Source of the DNA: a virus
Length of the DNA: 64,000 nucleotides
Direction: 5' to 3' (one strand)
Virus record (IMG/VR): IMGVR_UViG_3300029267_003762
Coordinates: 28,247 to 92,246 of that record
Below are positions 7,248 to 15,410 of the stretch, one piece after another; within the stretch, counting starts at the first letter, position 1, and each line of letters starts with the position of its first letter. Both the position numbers and the translations under genes were made by a program. The notes under the pieces were generated by a model that worked only from the letters and a program-made list of their open reading frames with translations, was not told where the DNA came from and ran no database searches.

Positions 7248-8927
7248 ATGGAGTCGCTAGGAAAAAGGGCGCTGGATGTGGCCTTCAAGGAGCTTGGGGT
7301 GGCGGAGGATCCGCCGCGCTCGAACACTGGGCCGCGGATCCGTGAGTACCTCGAGCCGTGTGTGCGGGGCGACCGCAACGTGAAGCTCGGGCTCAAGGCC
7401 TCGAACTGGTGCTTCACAGGAGACACCGAGATTCTGACGGAAGAGGGGTGGATGCGTTTGGATGACGTGTCCGAAGACGTTCAGGTAGCGCAGGTACATC
7501 CAAGGTCGATGCGCATCTCCCTCACCAGGACGGTCGCGGTCATCCACAAGGCGCACAAGGGCGCTCTGGCGGTCATGAGTCGGCGATCTCTGCGTTTGGT
7601 GTCCGACCCGGAGCATAGGTACTTCGGCAAGTGGTGGGTGAGCGCTAGGAGTGGAAGAAAGGACGTACCGGAGGTGGAGCTGCGCCCCGTAGCAGACCTG
7701 ACGGGTGCAGCAACGAAGCTGGTCGTTCCGCCCAGCCGCGGTCACTTCGAGTACGAAAGTGGGTGGAGCAGGCGTGACTTGAAGCTGTTGGGAGCGTTCT
7801 TGGCAGACGGCAGCATCGTCAACGGGAAGTTGCAGTTTCAGGTCAGCAGGGCGGACAAGATAGCGATGTTGCACGAGCTGGAACCTGACCGAGTCTGGGA
7901 AGCTCCCATGCCGTACGGGCCTAGGTCGAAGGAGGCTCTGACCAGTTTCTTCTTCGAGATGCCGTCGGAGTTTGCGGAGGCGTTCGATAAGTACAAAGTG
8001 CTGTCCCCCCGATTCATGTGGAACCTTCACAGGGAGCAGGCTGCTCTCGTGCTCGACACATGGGCGTCCTATGACGGCAGTGCTCGAGGCGGGTCCATTC
8101 GGCTGTCGCAGGCGTCCAAGGACAGGATCGACACGGCCCAGATGCTGGCCGTACTGGCTGGGTATTCCGGTCAGACACAGAAGCCGAAACAGCTCGGTGA
8201 GTTCGGTTCGACCATGCACTTTCTGACGTACGTCAAAGGCCCGCGTAACACGGAGATCCTCGACAAGAACGTCCGCTTGACCGAAGAGCAAGAAGTAGAC
8301 TTGTACTGCGTTCAGGTCCCCAGCGGGCTGATCATCGTCCGCCCTTCTGGGTACGGTAGGGCGCTGGTGGTAGGCAACTGCATGGCGTTCTCGAGCTGGT
8401 GCATGACCGAGGCCCTCGAGGACGGCGAGGTCCCCCCTCACGGCTACCGTGCGGGGGTCGTCGAGGCTGTGGCTGACGTGCGCAGCCCGCACGCCAAGTT
8501 CTCGGGCGTTTGGCACCCGGTCGAGACGGTAAGAAAGAAGCTCTGGACGCCGTTCGAAGGAGACCTGGCCATCTGGGACCGGTCGACCACAGATCCGAAC
8601 ACGTCTTGGTGGCGGCACGTGAACCGGGTCGTGAAGTACGACGCCGGTGTCGGCGAGTTCGACACCATCGGCGGCAACGAACGGGACCAGGTGCGGGTCG
8701 CCGCACACCACGTGTCCGAGATCAAGCTGCTCGGCTTCATCGCCTACCCGCAGCCCGAGGACAAGCCCGAGCCCAAGCAGATCGACGCGCTGACGCACGC
8801 CAACCTGCTCGGACTCGTGGCCCGTACCATCGACGGAATGTTGCGCGACTCGCACACCGAGATGATGGAGTCGCACCACATGGACGACGACGACGACGAC
8901 GACTACGACGACGACTACGACGACTAG
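7248..8927 (+). CDS. CHAP-domain peptidoglycan amidase (endolysin-like) interrupted by an intein
   Basis: Extein reads ELGVAEDPPRSNTGPRIREY..NW|CMAFSSWC..WRHVNRVV..TIGGNERDQV (CHAP Cys/His motifs); acidic C-terminal tail. Confidence 0.85.
   Translation: MESLGKRALDVAFKELGVAEDPPRSNTGPRIREYLEPCVRGDRNVKLGLKASNWCFTGDTEILTEEGWMRLDDVSEDVQVAQVHPRSMRISLTRTVAVIHKAHKGALAVMSRRSLRLVSDPEHRYFGKWWVSARSGRKDVPEVELRPVADLTGAATKLVVPPSRGHFEYESGWSRRDLKLLGAFLADGSIVNGKLQFQVSRADKIAMLHELEPDRVWEAPMPYGPRSKEALTSFFFEMPSEFAEAFDKYKVLSPRFMWNLHREQAALVLDTWASYDGSARGGSIRLSQASKDRIDTAQMLAVLAGYSGQTQKPKQLGEFGSTMHFLTYVKGPRNTEILDKNVRLTEEQEVDLYCVQVPSGLIIVRPSGYGRALVVGNCMAFSSWCMTEALEDGEVPPHGYRAGVVEAVADVRSPHAKFSGVWHPVETVRKKLWTPFEGDLAIWDRSTTDPNTSWWRHVNRVVKYDAGVGEFDTIGGNERDQVRVAAHHVSEIKLLGFIAYPQPEDKPEPKQIDALTHANLLGLVARTIDGMLRDSHTEMMESHHMDDDDDDDYDDDYDD
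7410..8378 (+). mobile_element. Intein with LAGLIDADG-type homing endonuclease
   Basis: Begins CFTGDTEILTEEGW, contains LLGAFLADG, ends LYCVQVPSG..VVGN followed by Cys. Confidence 0.9.
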
Positions 8928-8929
8928 CC

Positions 8930-10189
8930 CTACCTCTGAGTCGCCCTCTTGATGATGTCGCTGAACTTCCTGACGTCCGGCGACTCCATCTTCGGATCCC
9001 TGATCACTGCGGTCAGGGCGTTCTCGAGCTCGGTGATGCGCTTCGAGCGCGCCTCGTTGCTCTCCCGAAGTTGCCTGATCGTCTCGATGTTGTTGGACAG
9101 CTCTGTTGCGTTGGCGTTGAGGGACTCGTGGAGCTTCTCGATGCGCCCGTCCATCTCTGTGACGGTCGTCTGCAACTTCGTGTTCTTCTCCTTGAGCTTG
9201 CCGATACCCCTGCGGATCCTTGAGAACGCCTGCTCAACGGACTCTTCCTCGTCGGGAAGCGCGAGCTGGGACTGCACTCTCATGAGGTGGGCCTCGAGCT
9301 CGTTGCGGATGACGTCGACGACCGGCGTGAGCCTCAAGAGGCCCGTGCCGGTACCGCCAAGCGAGTGGTACACCTCCTCCAGTGTGCCGGCGATGCGCTC
9401 GTAGGCTTCCACGGCGCTCTCATCCGGCCTGCTCTTCCCGATGGCGTCGCCAATGGACACCAGTTGCGACATGAGCTTGCCGCTTGCCACCTTCTGGTTC
9501 TCGAGGTCTTGCACGACTCGTGCAGCGGCCTTGTCGACGAACTCGTCCCTGTGGGCCCCCAGGGTTGCGCGCGTGCGCCTCAGCACGTCGTGGTTCCATG
9601 AGTCGGTGTTCGGGTCCACCTCGATTGGCCTCTTCGCGAGCTCGTTGGCCGCCTCCATCGGGCCCTTGAGGTACTTCTCCAGCAGCCTGAAGTTGCCGTC
9701 GAGGTGGTCGCATGGAACGATGCCGCAGTGCTTGACCAGCGTTCGGACCTCGTAGTTGAGCGCTTCGATGTGCCCGTTGAGCAGTTGCGACAGTCCGGCG
9801 GCGCTGGTGACTGGGAGCTCTTGAGGCTCCTTGCCGACGTGCTTGAGCCCGTTGGTGATCGAGATGAGCGAGTCCTCCAGGGCCCCAACGAGCTTCTCAT
9901 GCGTCTCCCTGCCCGACATCTTCTTGAGCTCCTCGATCTTCTCGACGAGCTGCCTCTCGTTGGAGTTCGGTTGGAGCCCAGCTGCGACGTTGACACGCTG
10001 GATGGCGGCGGAGAGCGTCGTGTGCATGGCTTGGTAGAGCCGAACGTGGTCTTTGAGGAGGTCCACTTGCTCAACGAGCTCATCGACCCGTGCGAGCTTT
10101 GCCCGCACGTACGCCCCGGTGACATCGACTTCGATGAAGTCCTTGTCGCCTTTGAGGGCCTCGAAGCCCTCTTTCGTTTTCTCTGTCAC
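8930..10189 (-). CDS. Coiled-coil hypothetical protein
   Basis: Heptad-rich 419 aa; GTG start with GGAGG; directly downstream of the Cas7-like gene. Confidence 0.75.
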   Translation of the reverse strand: MTEKTKEGFEALKGDKDFIEVDVTGAYVRAKLARVDELVEQVDLLKDHVRLYQAMHTTLSAAIQRVNVAAGLQPNSNERQLVEKIEELKKMSGRETHEKLVGALEDSLISITNGLKHVGKEPQELPVTSAAGLSQLLNGHIEALNYEVRTLVKHCGIVPCDHLDGNFRLLEKYLKGPMEAANELAKRPIEVDPNTDSWNHDVLRRTRATLGAHRDEFVDKAAARVVQDLENQKVASGKLMSQLVSIGDAIGKSRPDESAVEAYERIAGTLEEVYHSLGGTGTGLLRLTPVVDVIRNELEAHLMRVQSQLALPDEEESVEQAFSRIRRGIGKLKEKNTKLQTTVTEMDGRIEKLHESLNANATELSNNIETIRQLRESNEARSKRITELENALTAVIRDPKMESPDVRKFSDIIKRATQR

Positions 10190-10200
10190 TGCTTCCTCCT

Positions 10201-11094
10201 TCAGCTGACGCGGCCAGCAGTCTGCGTGTCATTCGAGGTGATGACGTCCTTGCGGGCGACCTTGCGTGCGGCCCTGCCCCTCGCAGGTGCCTTCGTAGTC
10301 TTCTTGGCCGCCGTCTTCTTCTCCTTGGGTTCTTTGCCGGCGACGCCGTCCTGCACCTTCTCGACGTTGACGAGGCGGAACTTGCCCTCGCCGATGGAGC
10401 GGTCGGCCCACAGCCCATTCTCCTGGGCCAGGGTGAGGATGCGGACGAGCTCCTCCTCCTTGATGTGGCGCGTGTCGGCGGGGTGCGTGGGGGCGACCCA
10501 CCAGTCGAACGTGCAGTACACGTCTGTGAGGTAGTCGGTCTTCTTGATCGCGGTCCTCGGGCCCTGCATGGTCATGACCTGGATCGCCCGCTCCTCGCAG
10601 CCGTCCGGCTCGGTCACGTACATGCGGCCGGCAGTGGTGATGCGGTAGAACAGAAGCTGGTTGCCGTGGTCCAGCCCCTCGGGCTTGATCTCGGTGCCGT
10701 GCTTGAGGTGTTCGGTCTTCGGGCGGTCCTGCAGGATCCTGTGCACCGAGACCGTCTCTTTGATGCACGCCTTCGGGCAGCGGGCGAACATGTACATCTG
10801 GCCCTCGGAGTTCCTGGGAAAGCCGATCCAGGAGCGCTCCTCCTTCTCCTGCCCCTCGATGGCCTCGAGGTTCTCTTCGTCCTGCTGCTCGGTGAGCTCG
10901 TCACGCTCTTTCACCTTCGTCTTGAGCTCGGCGTAGCTCTTCTTCGGCTTCTTCGCCTGCTGGTCGCCGGCGATGACGAGGGGGTTCAGGGGGTGGCCGC
11001 CGATGATGCGGTTCGGCGCCTCGACGACGATCGTGATGCGGTAGACGTCGTAGAACTGCTTGGGGCTGGTGTCGTACTTGTCGAGTAGGTTCAT
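10201..11094 (-). CDS. Solo Cas7/RAMP-like RNA-binding protein
   Basis: RAMP layout: beta1 YRITIVVEAP..IIGG; GQMYMFARCPKACIKE (equivalent to the 'P.IPGSSLKG.LR' helix); thumb EERAIQVMTMQGPRTAIKKTDY; Gly-rich loop GLWADRSIGEGKF; basic C-terminal tail. SD AGGAG. Confidence 0.75.
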   Translation of the reverse strand: MNLLDKYDTSPKQFYDVYRITIVVEAPNRIIGGHPLNPLVIAGDQQAKKPKKSYAELKTKVKERDELTEQQDEENLEAIEGQEKEERSWIGFPRNSEGQMYMFARCPKACIKETVSVHRILQDRPKTEHLKHGTEIKPEGLDHGNQLLFYRITTAGRMYVTEPDGCEERAIQVMTMQGPRTAIKKTDYLTDVYCTFDWWVAPTHPADTRHIKEEELVRILTLAQENGLWADRSIGEGKFRLVNVEKVQDGVAGKEPKEKKTAAKKTTKAPARGRAARKVARKDVITSNDTQTAGRVS

Positions 11095-11140
11095 CTTCTA
11101 TCTCCTTCAGGTAGTGATTGGTTCAAGGAAGAAGTAAGGA

Positions 11141-12203
11141 AGCTGCTTGGACAGGCTAGGCCTGTCGCCAGGGTTGCCGTGACCAGGCGCGTCGATCGGC
11201 AAGGGGAGGTGTGGCAAGTCACTGGCACCGGTTCAGGCGGGTAGGTCGATTGGTTTGGTCAGAAGTGGTGAGGCATGTCGCACGGGTGGGATGGAGCGGG
11301 CACGGTTCGTCGGGCGGCAAGGTGAGGTGCGAGAAGGCACGTCGGCGGGCACGAGAAGGTCCGGCGCAGTGCGTCGACCGAGTGGGCATGACTTGGCTGA
11401 TCGATAGGGACGGCCCGACCAGGCTCGTCGGACGAGAAGGAATGGCGCGGTATGTCGTACGGCATGATGTGGGCTTGGCGGGATTGGGGTGAATAGTCGA
11501 CCAGTTCGGATGAATCAGGCACGTCGAAGAGTCCGGTAAGGCATGGCCCGTCGTGTGTCCTGGTCTGCCTTGGCATGTCCTGCGATGGGGCGTGCATCGG
11601 TTCGTCGCAAAGCTGGGCGTGGTTCGGTTCGTCGACCGGAGTGATTCGTTGAGGAACGGATTGTCGATCGTGTCTGGTCGGGACCGGTTTGGGCCGTCGC
11701 ATGAACCTGAACTGGGAAGGCATGTCGACTGGTCCGGCGAGGTAAGGTACGTCGGATGGGCCGGATGAGTGGGGCACAGCTCGTCGCGTGAGTCGTAAGA
11801 CACGAACTGGTGAGGCATGGGTTGTCGAGCGGGCCGGTACGACTTTAGCACGGAACGTCGAATGGCCAAGCAAGGTACGGTTTGTCGCATGGGAAGGCTG
11901 GGAACGGATCGATGGTGGTCAGTCGCGTGGCGTGGTGCGGGTCGGATCGGATGGTTCAGCCCTGGCCAGTCGAAGGATCGGGAGTGGTGGGGCCTGTCGG
12001 CTGGGACGGGTCGGAAGGGTTTGGTGAGTCGCCTGGGCTGGCATGTGCGGGTCCGGAGTGTCAGACGGTTTGGCGTGGTCAGTCCCCTAGTTCGATACGG
12101 AGTGTCGGACGGGTGGACCGGGAGTGGCCCGTCGGATGGACTGGAGAGGAGTGGGCGGGTTCGGAGTGTCGGTAGGGTCGGTGCGCCGCAGCGAGGCATG
12201 TCA
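11141..12203. repeat. Non-coding pentamer array (NNN-GG)n punctuated by GTCG; candidate guide-RNA array
   Basis: 35 GTC(G)-type marks from 11164 to 12200; 29 of 34 intervals equal 5n+2 (22-47 nt); dinucleotide slots are mostly GG, sometimes GA or AG. Confidence 0.9.
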
Positions 12204-12509
12204 AAAGGGCGGCTCCTCGTCACCGTCTACCACAGGCAGGTCCCGGAGGTAGTCATCGAGCTCGAGGGGCCATGGTGGCAATCCGCTACCGCATCGGCCG
12301 CTGCCGTGGCGGTGCGGGAAAGGGTAAGCATCACAGCCGCAGACTCCGTACTTGTCGAACTGCACGGTCCTCATCCACTTGCAGAGAGGGCGGCCCGGTC
12401 GGCACTCCGGCATGTGCACGACCACGGTCCTGTTCACCACGTAGCACCTCCCGCCGCCTGCCTCGAGCTCGCGGGTGGTTCGCGCCCTCTTGTGAACGAG
12501 CTTACTCAT
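12201..12509 (-). CDS. Cys/His-rich small protein
   Basis: CGCDAYPFPHRHGSGRC motif; its stop codon overlaps the last array punctuation. Confidence 0.65.
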   Translation of the reverse strand: MSKLVHKRARTTRELEAGGGRCYVVNRTVVVHMPECRPGRPLCKWMRTVQFDKYGVCGCDAYPFPHRHGSGRCGSGLPPWPLELDDYLRDLPVVDGDEEPPF

Positions 12510-12756
12510 TCTTCGTTGCGAGGTTCATCTTGCTGATTGGGATGTTGAGGTACTCACGTACCTTCTCCGATTCCTCGTGCGAAAGGGCCCGCGGAACGCC
12601 CTCGCACAGGTGCTTGCCGATGGCGTAGTGCCTGTCGACGTCGTTCCTCAACAGCCGTCCGCATCGCGGGCAATAGTACATCGGACGGCTGTCCTTGCGG
12701 GCAGCGTTGTACGCCATCCGAAGGTGATTCCTCGGATACACGGACAGGTTGAGCAT
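12502..12756 (-). CDS. Small Zn-finger protein
   Basis: CPRC..H..HLC; SD AGGAGG. Confidence 0.7.
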   Translation of the reverse strand: MLNLSVYPRNHLRMAYNAARKDSRPMYYCPRCGRLLRNDVDRHYAIGKHLCEGVPRALSHEESEKVREYLNIPISKMNLATKNE

Positions 12757-12788
12757 GGTTCCTCCTTTCGTGAGGTAGGGGCTGAGAG

Positions 12789-12806
12789 CGCTGCTCTTAT
12801 GCCCCC
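12789..12806 (-). promoter_or_regulatory. Putative phage promoter motif GGGGGCATAAGAGCAGCG, copy 1
   Basis: Identical 18-mer at 60389-60406; both copies lie about 30 nt upstream of minus-strand operons. Confidence 0.7.
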
Positions 12807-12930
12807 AGTCTTCTTCTTTTTGCGCAGAAACAGAACAGAGGTTGACCGGACGGGCAAGACGACCTACGCTGCGCTCAATCCAACCGTACCGAAGGCCTTC
12901 TCAGGAAGGCTTTTTGCGTAGGAGAGCACC

Positions 12931-13803
12931 ATGTTGAGCAAGTTCGCTGAGATGATCTTCACTCTTCTTCTGGCTTTCGGTGGCGAGAAGTACGCAGGCA
13001 ACAGTCCGTACAGCTTCGAGATCGCTCAGGGCTGTGGGACGAACCAGGGCTCGCCGGCGTGCGCGCTCACGCCTCAATGCGAGGTCAAGGCTTGGAGGTG
13101 TGCGCCGCCGCGCTGGTCTCCGGCCCGGGAGGCTTGGGTCCTTCCTGAGAGCAGCGCGAAGGCCAAGGAGCGGTACCACAAGATCGCCGAGTCGATCGCC
13201 AGGGTGTCGTTCTGGCATGCCAGGTGCCGGGATGAATGGGGAACCGTGAGGGAGGACTGCACGCCCAGCGGCTGGCCCGAGGGGCCCGAAAGCCTGGCGC
13301 GCGTCGCGGCCACAACAGCCTTGTGGGAGAGCGGCCTGCGGGAGGACATCATGTTCGGGCACGCCCCGATGGGCCGCGGCGCCATGGGGGAGACGTGCCT
13401 CGCCCAGATCATGCCCAACCAGATCCGTCAGTTCGCCTCGTGGATACCCCAGGATGAGCTCGACACCTACGACAAGCTGCCGCTCGGCAAGGAGCGGGCC
13501 GAGTGGGACGAGAAGTGGGCGCAGCGGATGCTCGGCGACTCCCCACAAGAACTCGATCGGTGCTTCGACGTCGCGCTGCGCGCACTCGCTCGGGCCCGAG
13601 GGGCCTGCGTCGGTCGACAGGGCGGCGGATGGGCCTACAAGATGTGGGCGATGTACGGCACGGGCAACCGCTGCTCGAGCTTCGGCATCCACGACGACTT
13701 CGCCGCCAAGCGCGCCAGCACCTATCACCGGATGAAGAGCTACAAGCCCTCCCCTGGCGCCGCCCCGCAGACCCCCGTTCCGGAGAAAACCGCTTCAAAC
13801 TAG
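12931..13803 (+). CDS. Secreted lytic transglycosylase/lysozyme-like protein
   Basis: Hydrophobic N-terminus; ALWESGLREDI..GRGAMGETCLAQI resembles the SLT-like ES and GLMQ motifs. Upstream TTGACC-N16-TACGCT. Confidence 0.55.
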   Translation: MLSKFAEMIFTLLLAFGGEKYAGNSPYSFEIAQGCGTNQGSPACALTPQCEVKAWRCAPPRWSPAREAWVLPESSAKAKERYHKIAESIARVSFWHARCRDEWGTVREDCTPSGWPEGPESLARVAATTALWESGLREDIMFGHAPMGRGAMGETCLAQIMPNQIRQFASWIPQDELDTYDKLPLGKERAEWDEKWAQRMLGDSPQELDRCFDVALRALARARGACVGRQGGGWAYKMWAMYGTGNRCSSFGIHDDFAAKRASTYHRMKSYKPSPGAAPQTPVPEKTASN

Positions 13804-13812
13804 GAGTTAGAG

Positions 13813-13833
13813 AAAGGGCGGCCGGGGCCGCCC
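13813..13833 (-). terminator. Putative intrinsic terminator
   Basis: GGGCGGC-CGGG-GCCGCCC hairpin between convergent genes. Confidence 0.45.
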
Positions 13834-13837
13834 GCGC

Positions 13838-14149
13838 TTACCTGTGGCGAGGCCACAGGCAGTCGTAGTCGTTTCTGACTACCTGTTGGCAGGTCTCCGG
13901 CAGATCCTCGAACCGTATCTTCTTGCCCAGATGCCTGTATCTTGGTCTGTCGATCTGCACGTCACTGAACCCGTGCATGCCGATGCCTTGTGGATGGGTT
14001 GGGTATGGTGACATTCCCAAGTACATGAACTGGCCGCCCACACGCTTTCGCGTGAAGACTACCGTGTACCTGTCAGCAGTGGTGCCGCCATTGTCGTAGC
14101 AGCGCACGTATCTCGGGCTCACAGCTCCAATCTCCTCGAGGCTTTTCAT
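13838..14149 (-). CDS. Hypothetical phage protein
   Basis: YDNGGTTADRYTVVF motif; coupled by an ATGA overlap. Confidence 0.75.
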   Translation of the reverse strand: MKSLEEIGAVSPRYVRCYDNGGTTADRYTVVFTRKRVGGQFMYLGMSPYPTHPQGIGMHGFSDVQIDRPRYRHLGKKIRFEDLPETCQQVVRNDYDCLWPRHR

Positions 14150-14679
14150 GTGGTCAGCTCCTCATAGAGCTTGTAGATTCGATGGATGTTGCGGGCGATC
14201 ATGGGTCTTCCGCGTTTGAACTGCAGTCTTGAGGTCTTGTACCCGAGCTTCTCTGCGAGGAAAGCCTCGGTGTAACCCTCGTTTTTGAGCAGTTCGAGCT
14301 TTCGCAGGGCCCTGGTGGAGCCCATGATGGTCACTTCGTTGGGAACGTCCGCAGTCACGGCGAGAATGGCCTCTTCGGTCTTCTTGCGAATCTGCTTCTT
14401 CGTGCCGTTGCGGATGCGTCGAAGTGTGGTGTCACCGACTCCGGAGATGTCCTGGATGGTCCGTCGGCCGATGCCCTTCTTCGAGAGTTTGAGCATGTGC
14501 GCCCGGGCCTTGTCGGCCGGCACGAGGCCATTCCAGTCCCCGCCACGGTTGTACTTCTGCCTCATGCGCGCGTAGGAACGATTGGCCTCGCTGCACGGCT
14601 CACAGCGACACCCCGTGACGTAGCGCGCCCGCGTCCCGTGCTCAAACCGCTCGGGACCGGGCATGTCCTTGGGCCTCAT
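14146..14679 (-). CDS. HTH DNA-binding protein with an N-terminal Zn motif
   Basis: HGTRARY..GCRCEPC followed by the HTH GIGRRTIQDISGVGDTTLRRI. Confidence 0.75.
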   Translation of the reverse strand: MRPKDMPGPERFEHGTRARYVTGCRCEPCSEANRSYARMRQKYNRGGDWNGLVPADKARAHMLKLSKKGIGRRTIQDISGVGDTTLRRIRNGTKKQIRKKTEEAILAVTADVPNEVTIMGSTRALRKLELLKNEGYTEAFLAEKLGYKTSRLQFKRGRPMIARNIHRIYKLYEELTT

Positions 14680-15410
14680 ACCTCGTAGACGTCGCTGTGG
14701 ACCGGGCGGCGAAGATGCCTATAGACCACGATGACTCGGTCCAGATGTACCTCAATGCGGTCGACCGGAGCCACGACGGAGTCGATGATGGACAACACGA
14801 GCTCGTAGTGTTTGGAATTGGGGGGCAGAGGTTCGTTGTTCAGCATCCACGAGTTCGGGTTTTGGAGGGTCGTGGCGACGTCCCCAGGCACGATGACCTG
14901 GAAGCCCTTGATGGAGGCCACGTAGGAGACCACTCGAGGGTCGCGGGTGACTGGCTGGAACTCGTTCTGGTGGTCGAGCACCTCCTGGATCTGCGGCGGT
15001 TGCCAGTTCGGCGGCTTGAGCCACTTGCCATCCTCGCGCTTGGTGGCGCCGGGGCCGAACTTGGCCATGTTGGCCCGATGGACCTCGGCGGCGATGCGCG
15101 GGCCGTGGATGCCGAACGTCTGCCTGGCGCCTTCTACGACGTAGTCGATGTCCGCCAGCGCGTCGGCCACGAGGCAGACGTCCCATTCGTCGTCGGGCGC
15201 CTCTTCGAGCAGCTCCTCGACGGAGTCGCGCACGTTCGTCACGAGGTGCGGCGCCCCGCCCATGTAGCAGGCGTCCAGCAGCTCCGTGCACTCTTCGCAG
15301 ATGAGGCGCAGGCGCAGGATGATCTCGTCCTTGGTAGGCTTGCGGGGGCTGTCGTAGCAGGGCTGATCAGCCTTCTTCATGAACTCGCGTACTTGCTGCC
15401 TGATGTTCAC
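14676..15410 (-). CDS. MazG-like (PRA-PH family) nucleoside triphosphate pyrophosphohydrolase
   Basis: VREF, RLRLICEECTEL, DALADIDYVVEG, EVHRANMAK, REDGKWLKP; GTG start at 15410. Confidence 0.85.
   Translation of the reverse strand: MNIRQQVREFMKKADQPCYDSPRKPTKDEIILRLRLICEECTELLDACYMGGAPHLVTNVRDSVEELLEEAPDDEWDVCLVADALADIDYVVEGARQTFGIHGPRIAAEVHRANMAKFGPGATKREDGKWLKPPNWQPPQIQEVLDHQNEFQPVTRDPRVVSYVASIKGFQVIVPGDVATTLQNPNSWMLNNEPLPPNSKHYELVLSIIDSVVAPVDRIEVHLDRVIVVYRHLRRPVHSDVYEV

Noticed and set aside
11141-12203. Canonical CRISPR array
   Set aside because: No conserved 23-47-nt direct repeat; only a 4-nt punctuation and dinucleotide slots are constant. No cas1/cas2.
11219-12223. 334-aa minus-strand ORF and other ORFs across the array
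   Set aside because: Pro/Arg/Thr/Ser-rich low-complexity translation with no SD. The 5-nt periodicity is not codon-compatible, and stop codons are rare in such a C-rich strand.
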